Of a stretch of 64,000 nt of DNA, positions 1-12,982 are shown in pieces. The stretch spans positions 8,494,001 through 8,558,000 of the forward strand of contig JBHGNT010000020.1 of assembly GCA_043228905.1 (NCBI GenBank). Reading direction: 5' to 3'. The position numbers were made by a program, and so were the translations under genes. Position 1 is the first letter of the stretch. Every line of letters starts with the position of its first letter. The DNA comes from Azolla caroliniana. Taxonomy: Eukaryota; Plantae; Polypodiophyta. The notes under the pieces were generated by a model that was not told the DNA's origin, searched no databases, and saw only the letters and a program-made list of their open reading frames with translations.

Positions 1-3000
1 CTGTATATGTGTCATGACAGTTTTGTACTACTCGAAGGCGGCAAGAACCATTAGGAACATACAAAAGTTCTTTAAAGAAGAGTAATCCATCATGGTATTT
101 GAATTGCCGATAGTCCGTACCTGATGGTTGTGACTGTGAACACGACGCTCGAGAGGGATCAATTTGTGCTAGTATAGCTTGGGCGAACGCAACTGTCTTC
201 GAGTCTTCACATATGGTATCGATAACGTAGGAATCCATAGGCATGTCAAAGATCTGTGTTGCTTGTAGTCGTGCCGGTCCCAAGATGACTTGTTTTTGGT
301 TATCGAAAGTTGGCTCACTGGGACGGGGTGCTAGATACGAACGCTGTGATAATGCATCTGCCTTCCCTTGGTGCCTCCTCGGACGATATGAATTTTGAAG
401 TCGAAACGCGTGAGGAAGTGGGCCCACCGAGCTTGACGTCGATTCAACACACGAGCATCCTGAAAGTAGGCAAGATTCTTGTGGTCACTAAATACGGTGA
501 CTGGATGAGAGGATCCCTCCAGAAAATGCCTCCATTGCATAAAAGAATGCACTATTGCCAATAGCTCCTTATCATGAATTTCGTAGTTGATTTCGGCGGC
601 GTCAAACTTGCGTGAGTGAAAAGCCACAGGATGTAGCTTCTCATCATTCCCATGTTGTGATAGAATGCTCCCCAATGCAAAATCCGATGCGTCAACTTCG
701 ATAATGAATGGTTTTTCCGTATCGACATGAGCTAGAATTGGAGCCGATGTAAATGCCTTTTTAAGAATCTCGAAAGCCATGTCCATTTCTTTAGACTAGA
801 TGAACGGTTGTCCCTTCTTGGTAAGTTATGTGAGAGGTAGAACGATCTTTGAGTAATCTTGTATGAACTTCCGGTAAAAATTGGCAAAGCCTAAGAAGCA
901 TTGCACATCCCGCACCGAACGTGGAGTCTGCCATTCTACCACCGTTTTGACCTTAGCTGGGTCCATGGAGATGCCTTCTGACGAAATGATGTAGCCGAGA
1001 AATTCCACTTGGTTGCACCCGAAACTACATTTTTCCAGCTTTGCATACAGACCATGTTCTCGAAGTCATTTTAGTACTAATAGTACATGAGAATCATGTT
1101 CTTCTTGGGTCTTTGAATAAACCAGTAGATCATCCAAATAGATGATCAAACAATCATCCAATAGATCTCGGAATATATCATTAGCCATGTGTTGGAAGAC
1201 TGTCGGCGCATTAGTGAGGCCGAACGACATGACCGTATACTCGAAGCGCCCATATCTGGTGCGAAACGCGGTCTTCCATTCGTCTCCTGGTCGGATCCAT
1301 ACGAGGTTATATGCTCCCCGTAAGTCGATCTTCGTGAAGAACCTGGCACCATTGATCCATTCTAAAAGACTTGAGAAAAGGGGAAGAGCATACCTATTCC
1401 TGATTGTAACCTTATTCAAGCTACGGTAATCTACAACGAGACGAAGCGATCCATCTTTTTTTTTACGAAGAAAATGGGCGCGCCAGCTGGAGATTTCGAA
1501 GGCCGAATGAAACCATTTTCCAAATTCTCCTCTATATAGGCCCGAAGGACTTCTAGCTCGGTTGGTGACAAATTCTAGATCGGTCCCCATGGCGGCTCTT
1601 TTCCCGGTTGTAAATCGATGGGGCAATCGTACGGTTGATGATGAGGAAGTGTGTTGGCTTGTACTTTATCAAACACATCGGGAAGTTGAACGGTGGATTC
1701 TTCTTTAATGGTGCTGGAGGGGTTTACTGATATTGCAAAGAGGAACATTTCCTCCTTGCGCCCTTCTTTACGCAACTGACGTAGCGAAATGGTTGCCATC
1801 TTCTGAGTTGACCCTTGGGTTTGTCGACACCGGATTTCTCTTATTCTCCAATCTATGTCTGGGTTATGTAACTCGAACCACGGTAATCCTAAAACTATAG
1901 GATGTTCTGGGATACTGATAATATTAAATGATATTACACATGCTAAGTTATCTAGGACAATATTAATGGGCTCTGACTCTTCTATGATATTTCCGGAAAC
2001 AATGGGACGTCCATCAATGTCTACTACAGAGGCTGGACACTGGAGTTTTCTTAGGGATATCTTATGAGCTTGAGCAAATTTCTTATCCATAAAGCAAGAG
2101 TTAGCTCCGGAATCTAGGAGTGCTAGGACATGTACTGGAGGGGTACTTTTAGTACTAACTATTACTTGGGCTACGAACACATCACTAACTTGCTTAGAGG
2201 CAATGGAACCACTAATGGGCTGCACAAATCTAGGGTTGTCCAACCAAACGACTCCTATTTTGGCTGGACTTAGTCGTTTAACTCTTCTTCTAACTGACTA
2301 AGGACATCAAATTTGTTTGCTAGATCTGGGATATTAGTACTATTAGTACTATTAGGACTATCAGATATCCCAACTGAAATAGGCTCGGATTTAGTACAAT
2401 TAGAACTAGCGACTATTTGGTTTACCTATCTTCTTGGCCTATGGGGGCAATTTATTGCGATATGTCCTGGTCCACCGCAGTAAAGACATAGTCGATTTGT
2501 ACGGCATCGCTGCTTTTCTTCTTCGGATAATGGCCCTCGACGACGTGTAGTGTCAATCTCTATCGGAGTCGGAGTATTCGCTGGAGGCGCATTATATGAC
2601 TCCCTCGGAAAAGGTCTTGCTACCACTTAGGCGTAGGTGGGCTCTGATCTTGCCCTCGGCATCTGTAGCTGTCATTCCGAACGTTGCTCAAAGAGGCGGT
2701 TGTCACATCTCACCGCGCGACTGATTGCTTCTGTTAAGGACTTTGGCTCTTCGGGGAAGGTCAATAGTAAATCCTTGACGTCGTTGCGTAACCCATAACG
2801 GAATTTCTCCATCAACGCTTGATCATCCCAAGGGATATCGGCGGCGAGTAGGCGAAAATCTGCAGTGTATGCGGAGGCTGGACGGTCACCTTCGCGTAAT
2901 CGCCGGATTTTGTTGATTGCGGTCCTGATGCTGCCAGTATCTCCGAAACATGCTTTAAACTCACCTAGAAACTCTTCAAAATTGTTGAGTAACGGAGATT

Positions 3001-3261
3001 CCTTTTCTAATAGTGGAGCGAACCATGACAACACTGAGCCACTTATCAAAGTGCCTACTAAACCCACTCGTGATGCATCGGTGGGATATCGGGAAGGATG
3101 CATTTGAATAACTAATCGTACCTGGTTAAGGAACCCTCTAAACTGCGATTGCGTTCCATCGAACTTCGTGGGAAGGCCAATCTTGGGTTCTTTATGAATC
3201 CCTTGTGTTCCGGGCCCTTGTTGTTGCATTGCTACAATGGTTGCTTCGAGTTGTTGCACGT
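1..3261 (-). mobile_element. Degenerate Ty3/gypsy chromovirus (Tcn1-like) internal region: gag, PR, RT, RNase H; continues beyond window start
   Basis: ORF fragments 2672-3457 (gag), 2426-2626 (CLYCGGPGHIAINC knuckle), 1575-2243 (LLDSGA protease), 1066-1626 (YLDD RT), 331-786 (RNase H). Closely similar to 9417-14204. Gag is cut at 3261 by a foreign LTR. Confidence 0.93.
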
Positions 3262-3900
3262 TGTCGAGGTATTCCTCGCGAATGCGTGGAATGAGGCGGG
3301 ACCTCGGGGGTCCTGTACCGAAGAGCAAGTGAGAAAGGAGGAGAGACACACTACGTGCGAGCGTAGATTCACAGGGACACGTCCCTTCGACACAAAGACG
3401 CGAGTGGGACAGCGACACAGAGAGACACGAATGTATGTATGTATTAACAAAGACCAAACAGCAGGAACACGAAGACGGTTACAACCGAATAGGCCGGCGA
3501 ACAGATGCCGATACCTGTTCGTAAATGCACAGAAAGGAAGGAGTAGGTTGGAGGTGCTGCCGAAAGCACTCGGGCATTCCTCAGAGCAGTGCGAGCCTCC
3601 AGAAACCTGCACAGAAGGAAGCTATGGAGTTCGCGAACCAGAGAGAGAGAGAAGCCCTCGCACCCAAACCGACAGCACTTCGTCCTCGACTCTCTGCGAT
3701 CCCTCGCCCCTCCTAGTCTCCCTCCTTTTATAGGCAAGGAAGGAGCCGTTTCCCCTTTACTTCCTAACTACCGAATCTGCCTGCATAGGATCTCCTATGC
3801 CCCTAATTCTCCCTTATGTGCAACGTAAGGCGTACATGCATGAAGAGCCGGTTCCTATGCTCCGGCGCACCGATTCCGCTCGTGGACGGTTTTCTTCACA
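3262..3900 (-). repeat. 3' LTR of a gypsy-like element (family related to 36620-41406), inserted in chromovirus gag
   Basis: TG...CA termini. PPT TGGGGGCGGA (minus) at 3901-3910. LTR motifs and the adjacent ~80 bp resemble 36620-37460. Confidence 0.8.
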
Positions 3901-4026
3901 TCCGCCCCCACCTAACCACGCATCCACCGGCATGCGCCAAATTGATTTGGGACGGAGAAAACCGGTCCAACCTTTATTCCCCGCCCTACACTTTTCTAGA
4001 CTACGCCGGTATGAATTCTCCGAATA

Positions 4027-7000
4027 GGCTTAGCCGGTAAGCCCTACACTTTTCTAGACACAGTCGGAGTTGCTAAAGGTGATCTCCTTCCCGGCTGTAC
4101 ACGGCGAAGTCGTCGAGGAACACCTACACGAACGCCGGTATGAATTCTCCGAATATTTCCATGATGATCCTCTAGAACGTTGTCGGCGCCGTTTTGAGTC
4201 CGAACATCATCACTACGACAACAAACACTCCCCATTCAGTGACGAAAGCCGTTTTCTCCTGGTCATCGCGGTGCATCCAGATCTGGTTGTATTCGCTGAA
4301 TCCGTCTAAAAAACTGTATACCTCATGGCCGGCGACTGCGTCCAAAAATCCATCCGTAAATGGAAGTGGAAATGCATCAGTTACCGTCGCCGCATTAAGC
4401 TTCCGGTAGTCGACACATACTCTAATTTTTTTGTTTTTCTTCGGTATGACTACTATCGGGCTCAGCCATGTCGATTTCTTTACAGGACAGATAAAGCCAA
4501 CTCTCAGCAACTTATCAATTTCCTCATGACTTTTGCGGCATAGTTCGGATTCATCCGGTACCGTCGCTGTGCTACCGGTTTGGCGTCTTTGCTCAAATGT
4601 ATCTGATGCTGATATAGCTGAGGATCGAGCCCTCTCATATCCTCGTAGGACCAGGCAAAGACGTCCCAAAACTCTTTGAGAAGTGTAATCATCGCCGTTC
4701 TGTTCTCCGTAGTCATTTCCTTGGCTATCTGCACCGGTCTCGCCTCTTCCGTAGTTCCTAGATTTACCTCCTCTAGTTGGGATGCTTTAACCCGTTGTGA
4801 TACCGCCATTTCTATTTCCAACGCTTCTTGTGCTTGCCGTAGCTCCTGGATCGCTTCTTTATTTGGTTCTTCGTCCGCTCAGTCCGGTGGCAGTATGTAT
4901 GGTGATACAGCTTCAGCTACGTCAATTTCGAACAGGGGTACTATCTTCGGATTATCTTGCAAGTATTGATCCACCTCTTCGTCTGCTAATCCGTCCAGCA
5001 TATTGACACATTCGGCATATAGGGGTGTTAATTCCTTCCTAGTACCCGTCCGTGGTTGTGTCGATACCCGTACTTTTGCTTTTCCCCACCGGAAGGTGAT
5101 TATATTCTTCCTCCAATTTTGTTTAATGTGCGCCATTTTTAGCCATGGCCATCCCAACAATAGCGAGTACGCTCCTTGTGCCTGTAATTGTAGCACTACT
5201 GCCGAGATGCGAAATGTGTGGCCGCCGATTGTTACTTCCAAATCTCGTATCAAGCCGGTCGGTTGCACTAAGCTTGTATCCGCCATCCGTAGCCAGAACG
5301 GGCATGGTTCCCACTCTTGGATTCCCAAGTTTGTGCATGTTCAGAGGCTAATCACATTGACGCCGGATCCTCCATCTATTACTATTCTGGGTAACTCCTT
5401 TCCCTTCACGATGGCTGTGATCATTGGACTGTTTGTGTCTACCACCACCGGTCCTTCCTCGGGATTTGAAAAGAATGTTGGTGTCGGTGGTGTTTCTCCT
5501 GCCGTCATGCCTGTCTTGAGTCCTTCTGTGAATCTGGGCACTAGTTGTAGGAGCCGTCCTAATGGCAGCGTGATTTGGCACTCTTGCAATGCCTGCCATG
5601 TCACATTTTCGGTTTGACTGCTGTCGGCGAGCTCTTCGGTGTTCTCTTGTTGCTGTGCAAGTTCTGCTACGTTTCGTTCATTTGCCTTTTTCACCCATTC
5701 CGTTGCCTACTTCCGGATGGCCTCTTGTGTCTCCCATTCCGTCGTCTTGCCCTTCGACCTTGTGGTAACCTGCTGCAGGTCTGCGACTTCGGCGACTACC
5801 ATGTTTATTGCCGGTCGCTTGTCATAGCTCTTTGCCGAACATTGATTACTATAATGTCCTTCTTGCCGGCAATAATAGCAATATGCTTTCCGGGTATTGC
5901 TGGATTCAACATTGTTTCCTGTACTCGGTGGAGGACTTGTGGTAACCGCGGGGCTTTGGTCCGGTTGGCTACTTGAGGCGCCTTTTTCTAGTTCACGTGG
6001 GTGGCTTCCTTTTTTGAACTGTTGTTTTTTATTAAAGTTCTTTTTGTTGCGGTACCCTTGACGGGGTTGGTTGTCATATCTCCCGTAATCTTCCCGTCAT
6101 TGGTCGTCATATCACGCTTGACGGGGAGTGATCCCGGTTGTGATTCTCGTACCGTCCATTGTAATCTCGGTACTTGTCATATCTCTTGTACCAGTCATAG
6201 TTGTCTCGCCGATCGTTGTACCGGACATCCTGTGCCGGTCGATATCGCTCCTCTTGCCGCCAACGTTCGTCTTCTTTGTCTCGGCTGCTACGTGGCTCGA
6301 TTTGCCGGACTGGTGGTGCTTGCCGATTCAATAAGTTATATTCGCACCGGTCCATCGTGTGGCTCGTAAATTGGCAGAGTAAGTAGTGCGTCCGCATGGT
6401 GCACTCCAGTGACGAATGTCCGGAATTCAAGCAGGTCGTGCATTGGATTGCTTGCCAGAACCGGAGATCCTCATCGGTCGGTAACACTCGTTGGAGGGCT
6501 CCCATTGTTAGCCAAGAGCTCGTTTTCTCCATTTCTCTAACCCGGTCGATGACATGGTCGACGGTGCTTGTGCGAAAGTCAATGACCGTGCATACCGTTC
6601 GTAGAGGTTCCCGGAGCGCAGCTAAGACTATAGCCCGTGTTTCATCTTCCGGAGGTGCGCGGGTAAGCTGAATGTGCATCTGTTGAAACCGGATGACAAA
6701 CTATGGAATATTCGCCTCGGGGTCCTGCCAGATGGTATAAAATAGGCCCACCATTTCTCTTTGGTCCACCTCCTTCTGAAAGAAGTGCAAGAATTTATCT
6801 TTCAGGTCCGCAAAGGTGGTGATGGTGCTGGGGTCCTGCGTCTAGTGCCATCTGGCAGCTAGTCCCTTCAATGTCACGCCACGTGGAGGCTCATGTTCCT
6901 CTTCGGCCGCGGTTAATCGTTGTGACACATGGTTCGCCTCCCATGTTTGTGGAAACACGTGAACATGAGCCTCCACGTCCGGATCATCCCTATACTTGGA

Positions 7001-7944
7001 GTACTGGAACGGCATGTCGTCGTTCGGTGTCGGTACACGAGCTGGCGGTGTTGGTGGACTTTCTTGTTGTTCTGTCGGCGTCGGAGGTCTTTGCCGGTCT
7101 TCTTCCATCTCCGGAGGTTGCTCCACGTCTAGTGTCGGGGGTTCCCGGTCTGACAACTCTAGTTCCGGTGTCGGTAATGTATCCGACTCCTCGTCCTCTG
7201 GTCCCCCTAGGGTGTCCTTACTGCTGCGGTAGTTCGTGTGCACGTTGTAACCCCCTTCCGAATCTGATTCCAGCGCTGAAAATGTTTCGGATTCGCTGTC
7301 TCTTCCGGCCAAGGCCTGGAGAAGGGATTCCGCTTCCTAGAGGTTGCTTAAGTTGCTTCCTTCGTCCGGGTAGGCGTTTTGTTGCAGACGGAGCGACTCC
7401 TCCGCCACTTTCCAGATCACTTTGGAAAATGATCGATCCGATCGGATTTCTTCCGCTGCTTGCTGGAAAGCCTCTCACCGCCTTCGCCGTTCAGCTAGTC
7501 TTCGTGCTCTCTCCGTAACCGGGTCGTCTGTTGGCCTAGTCATCCATTCCCGCCGTTGTTCACTGCGATTGTGCAGGAATCGTGGTCGCCAAAAACTGTG
7601 TTAATCCTAGGGCCGGACAACAGCCTAACACAGGGTGTCCACTTAACACACTTCACGAAAGGGTGTTACGGCAAGATGACTTACGACACAACGCTTAATT
7701 AGACCTTAATCGGTTAGTTAGCAACACATCATTAACATGCGTAAGATATAACAATGAGTACAGAACGGTAATCAATACTGAAATATTAAGGCAATAAGTT
7801 CTATTAATTATCTGATGTCGATTACATTGTAACTGGGCCTTTATATAGGTCTTCGGTGCGAAGTACAAAACGGTGCCAACTGGCACCTTTTTGGGATCGG
7901 TCCGGATCCGGATCGCCATACCGATTCCAGTCCATCCGTCCACA
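4027..7944 (-). mobile_element. 3'-truncated non-chromovirus Ty3/gypsy element: 5' LTR 7599-7944, tRNA-Arg-like PBS 7582-7591, gag-PR-partial RT pseudogene
   Basis: ORF fragments 6842-7312, 6107-6679, 5341-5694 (VIDGGSG), 4879-5328, 4172-4669 (RT), homologous to the 55066-59493 polyprotein. PBS TGGCGACCAC on minus. Confidence 0.88.
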
Positions 7945-8846
7945 CCTTCTCATATATTAATATATATTAAGACTACTAATTACAACAGTTCCCGAGTAAA
8001 CTATTCCTTTCATACTCTGGTTTGGACCTCCTTATTCTTTTCATACTCTGGGAGTAGAGCATATGGCCATTTGGTGCATTGCTCCTCTGCCAGGCGTGAT
8101 TCTCTTCGACCAGCAATATCGATTGAAGGTCGAAGAAGCAAGGAGGGTTCTCCCTTGCGAGAATAGCTGATCTAATCGCGCCGAAACGCGGTGCTAAGCC
8201 TCTGAGGCATATCTGCACCAATTCTTCATCATCAATGACGACATTGATCAATCCGAGGGGGTCACATAGCTCCTTGATCTTCAAAGTATAGCTTGAGATT
8301 GACATGTCCCTCTGTTGGATGCTATTCAGCTCCTAACGAAGCTGGAGCTTGTGTGCGGCCGTGTTGGCTACGAAAATCTTTTTGAGATTTTCACACGCTT
8401 GCTTCGGCGTTTTTGCCTCTCGAATGTAGCCAAGCATGTGATCATGAACGCATGATGCAAGGCAATATAGCACATGGCATGTGGCCTACTCCCAAGCGGG
8501 ATAATCGGCGTGTGTTGGGTTGGGGTGTGATTCCTGAGCTCCTTCGATGTAGTTCCAGTAGCCTTGTCTGACAAGATATTGATGCATCTTGTATTCCCAA
8601 GATGCAAAGTTTGTTCTGTCGAGCTTCTCGGTAGGAAGAGCGCTTCCCATTTGAGTATTCATGGTGATTTCTTCTCTATCGATGGGCCGGTTCTATTGAT
8701 CGTCAATGTGCAACACAACATAATCGAAAATGCTTGATCAGACAACCACACGCTCTGATACCATGTTAAGAATTGAGTCTGTGGTGATTGCGATGCAGCG
8801 GAAGATGAGAGACTATGTGTGTGTGTGTGTGTGTGTGTGTGTAACA

Positions 8847-8879
<33 letters not shown>

Positions 8880-9408
8880 ATTGTATATTATACTAACAAG
8901 AAAAAATACATCCAACATTCAGTAAGTTACAATGAGTTGGTTTATATACCAACTAAGCTGTCAGGAATAGTACTAAACAGAGATAGGATTAGTACTAAAC
9001 AGAGAGAGAATTAGTACTAGAGAAGGGAAGTACTATTAGAACTAAGGGGACGGGATTGCGTAAGACTCCTGAGAGAGGAAGAGAATAGAGGAGAGAGAGA
9101 GAGAGAGAGATAGCGAGAGATGATGATAACAGATTATATATTATAAGAAGAGTAAGTACAAAAGGGATATGAGGCTAAAGACTGGCGTTGAACCAATTTG
9201 GTTCAACATAATGCCTAGTGCCGTCTTTCATAGTGTTCTCAGGAGTAATCCTCAAGCTTCTAGAATGTTCCAGAGAAATCTGGAATATACATTGATTTCC
9301 TATAACAAAATGTAAATGAAAATAATATCCTATGTATTACAATAGATGATATAATGGTCAAGAGCTCGACCCATATAACCTAAGGTCATGGGTTCGAGTC
9401 TTGCCATA

Positions 9409-12400
9409 TCATGACAATATCCCCCCTTTAAAACGACGAGTGTCACGAGTCGTTTTGGATGGAGGACCTGGTTTCTGTGGATATTGCCGATGGAAGTCTT
9501 CAAGAAGCGCACGAGCATTGGTCACATTCTCGATCGGTTCCCAAGTACGTTCGCTGGAACTATGGCCTAGCCAATCGACTAGATAGCAGAGCTTGTTGCG
9601 AACAATCTTGGAATCAAGGATCGCAGCAACCTCGTACTCTGGTCCATCTTCAAGCTCGATCGGGGGTGGAGGTTGTATAATATGCCCTGGGATGGTGCTC
9701 TCGTGATAGGGTTCAAGGAGAGAACAATGAAACACCGGATGTATCCGAAGTTGAGGAGGTAGATCGAGACGAAAAGTGACATCCGGATAATACGGAAAGG
9801 ACCTAATCGCCGATAATCCAACTTCTCACATGGGCGAGTAGTCTTGATGTGTCGTCGTAGCAGCCACACCCGATCTCCAATGTTAAAACTAGATGGAAGT
9901 CGATGACGATCCGCGTAGACCTTGTGTGTTTGTTGAGCTTGTTGGAGATGAGTACATAAATCTGCTTGTATCTTGCGTAATTGCTCCAAACGATCCTCCG
10001 CGCAAGGATTTATGGACACCTCTGGGGTTTCAAATACACTCCACCGAGGGTGACATCCCGTATAAGCATAAATGGCGAAACTTTAGTTGATGCGTGGATA
10101 GAGTTATTATAGGCAAATTCGGCGAAGTGGAGAATATCTACCCAGTTATCCTCATGATAGCTAAGAAAGCACCGCAAATACTGCTCTAGCGTTTGATTTG
10201 TTCGTTCGGCTTGGCCGTCGGTTTGTGGGTGGTAGCCGGAGGAGAGGTTACAAGTGACCTTGAGCATTTTAAAAAGGTGCTTCCAGAATTTTGACACGAA
10301 CTGGGGTCCACGATCGCTGACGATACTATCGGGGAGTCCATGATGCCGACATACTTCACGCATGACAATTTCGGCGGTGTCTTCACTTGAGATTTCTTTA
10401 GTACATGGCAAGAAATGAGCCATCTTCGTATATCGATCTAGCACTGTTAGAATCGCATTCAACCCCTTAGAGACTGGAAGATTTGTGATGAAGTCGAGAG
10501 CAATGGATTGCCATGGCTTGCTTGGAATTGGTCATGGTTCTAATAAACCATAGGGATGATGCCTCGGCATTTTCGCTCTGCAGCATGTATCACAAGTCCG
10601 AACAAAATCTTCCACAAATTGTCGCATACGGGGCCACCAGAATGATCGTTGTACTAAATCTAATGTTTTAGTATATTACCAAAATGCCCAGCTGTATATG
10701 TGTCATGACAGTTTTGTACAACTCGAAGGCGGTAAGAATCATTAGGAACATACAAAAGTTCTTTAAAGAAGAGTAATCCATCATGGTATTTGAATTGTCG
10801 ATAGTCCGTACCTGGTGGTTGGGACTGTGAACACGACGCTCGAGAGGGATCAATCTGTGCTAGTATAGCTTGGGCGAAAGCATCTGTCTTCAGGTCCGCA
10901 CATATGATATTGATAACGTGGGAATCCATGGGCATGCCAAAAACCTGTGTTGCTTGCAGTCGTGCTGGTCCCAAGATTACTTGCGTTTGGTTATCAAAAG
11001 CCGGCTCGCCGGGACGCGGTGTTAGATATGAACGTCATGATAATGCATCTGCCTTCCCTTGGTGCTTCCCCGGACGATATGTAATTTTGAAGTCGAAACG
11101 CGTGAGGAAGTGGGCCCACCGAGCTTGACGTCGATTTAACACTCGAGCATCCTGAAAGTAGGCAAGGTTTTTATGATCACTGAATACGGTGACTTGATGA
11201 GAGGACCCCTCTAAAAAATGCCTCCATTGCATAAACGAGTCCACTATTGCCAATAGCTCCTTATCATGAATTTCGTAATTGATTTTGGCGGCGTCAAACT
11301 TACGTGAGTGAAAAGCCACAAGATGTAGCTTCTCATCATTCCCCCGTTGTAACAAAATGCTCCCCAATGCGAAATCCGATGCGTCAGCTTCGATAATGAA
11401 TGGTAGTTCCGGATCGACATGAGCTAGAATTGGAGCCGATGTAAATGCCTTTTTAAGACTCTCGAAAGCCATATCTGCTTCTTCAGACCAAACGAACGAT
11501 TGTCCCTTTGTGGTAAGCTGTGTGAGAGGCAGAACGAGCTTTGAGTAATCTTGTATAAACTTCCGGTAAAAATTGGGAAACCCTAAAAAGCATTGCACAT
11601 CCCGCACCGAGTGTGGAGCTTGCCATTCTACCACCGTCTTGACCTTAGCTGGGTCCATGGAGATGCCTTTTGAGGAAATGACATAGCCGAGAAATTCCAC
11701 TTGGTTGCACCCAAAACTACATTTTTCTAGCTTTGCGTAAAGACCATGTTCTCGAAGTCGTTTTAGTACTAACAGTACATGAGAATCATGCTCTTCTTCG
11801 GTCTTTGAATAAACCAGTAGATCATCCAAGTAGATGATCAGACACACATCCAAGAGATCTCGGAATATATCATTTGCCATGTGTTGGAAGACGGCTGGCG
11901 CATTAGTGAGGCCGAACGGCATGACGATATACTCGAAGTGCCCATATCTAGTGCGGAATGCGGTCTTCCATTCATCTCCTGGTCAGATCCGTACGAGCTT
12001 ATAGGCCCCTGTAAGTTGATCTTTGTGAAGAACCTGGCACCATTGATCCGTTCTAAAAGACTTGAGAAAAGGGGAAGTGCATACCTATTGCGGATTGTAA
12101 CTTTATTCAAGCCACGGTAGTCTACCACCAGACGAAGTGAGCCATCCTTTTTCTTGACTAAGAAAATGGGTGCGCCGGCTGGAGATTTCGAATGTCGAAT
12201 GAATCCATTCTCCAAGTTCTCCTCTATATAGGCTCGAAGGACTTCTAGCTCGGTTGGTGACAAATTGTAGATCGGTCCCCATGGTGGCTCTTTCCCCGGT
12301 TGTAAATCGATGGGGCAATCATATGGTCGATGGTGAGGAAGTGTATTGGCTCGTACTTTATCGAATACATCGGCATAATGATGATACTTCTTTGGAAGCT

Positions 12401-12982
12401 GAACGGTGGACTCCTCTTTAATGGTGTCGGAGGGTTTTAGTGATATTGCGAAGAGAAACATTTCTTCCTTGCGTCCTTCTTCCCGCAACTGATGTAGTGA
12501 AATGATGGCAATCTTCTGAGTAGATCCTCGGGTTTGTCGACACTGGATTTCTCTTGTTCTCTAATCTATGTCTGGGTTATGTAACTCGAACCATGGTAAT
12601 CCCAAAATGATGGGATGTTCTGGGATACTAATAATGTTAAATGATACTACACATGCTAAGTTATCTAGGACAATATTAACGGGTTCTAACTCTTCTATGC
12701 TATTTCCAGAAGCAATGGGACAACCATCAATGACGACTACAGAGGCTGGACACGGAAGTTTTCTAAGAGATATCTGATGAGCTTGGGCAAAATTCCTATC
12801 CATAAAGCAAGAATTAGCTCCGGAGTCTAGAAGTGCTAAGACGTGTACTGGAGGGGTACTTTTAGTACTAACTGTTACTTGGGCTACGAACACATTGCTA
12901 ACATGCTTAGAGGGAATGGAACCACTAACGGGCTGCACAGATCTAGGGTTGTCCATCCAAACGACTCCTATTTTGGCTGGAC
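9409..12982 (-). pseudogene. pol: Chromovirus pol (PR, RT, RNase H, integrase, C-terminal chromodomain), disrupted
   Basis: LLDSGA, YLDD, ADASD, SDRG and GQAERTN motifs. Chromodomain YEVAAILDS...YLVDWLG...TWEP in ORF 9409-9735. Confidence 0.92.

Noticed and set aside
9345-9412. Functional tRNA gene
   Set aside because: The acceptor, anticodon and T stems do not pair properly. Kept only as a tRNA-like cassette.
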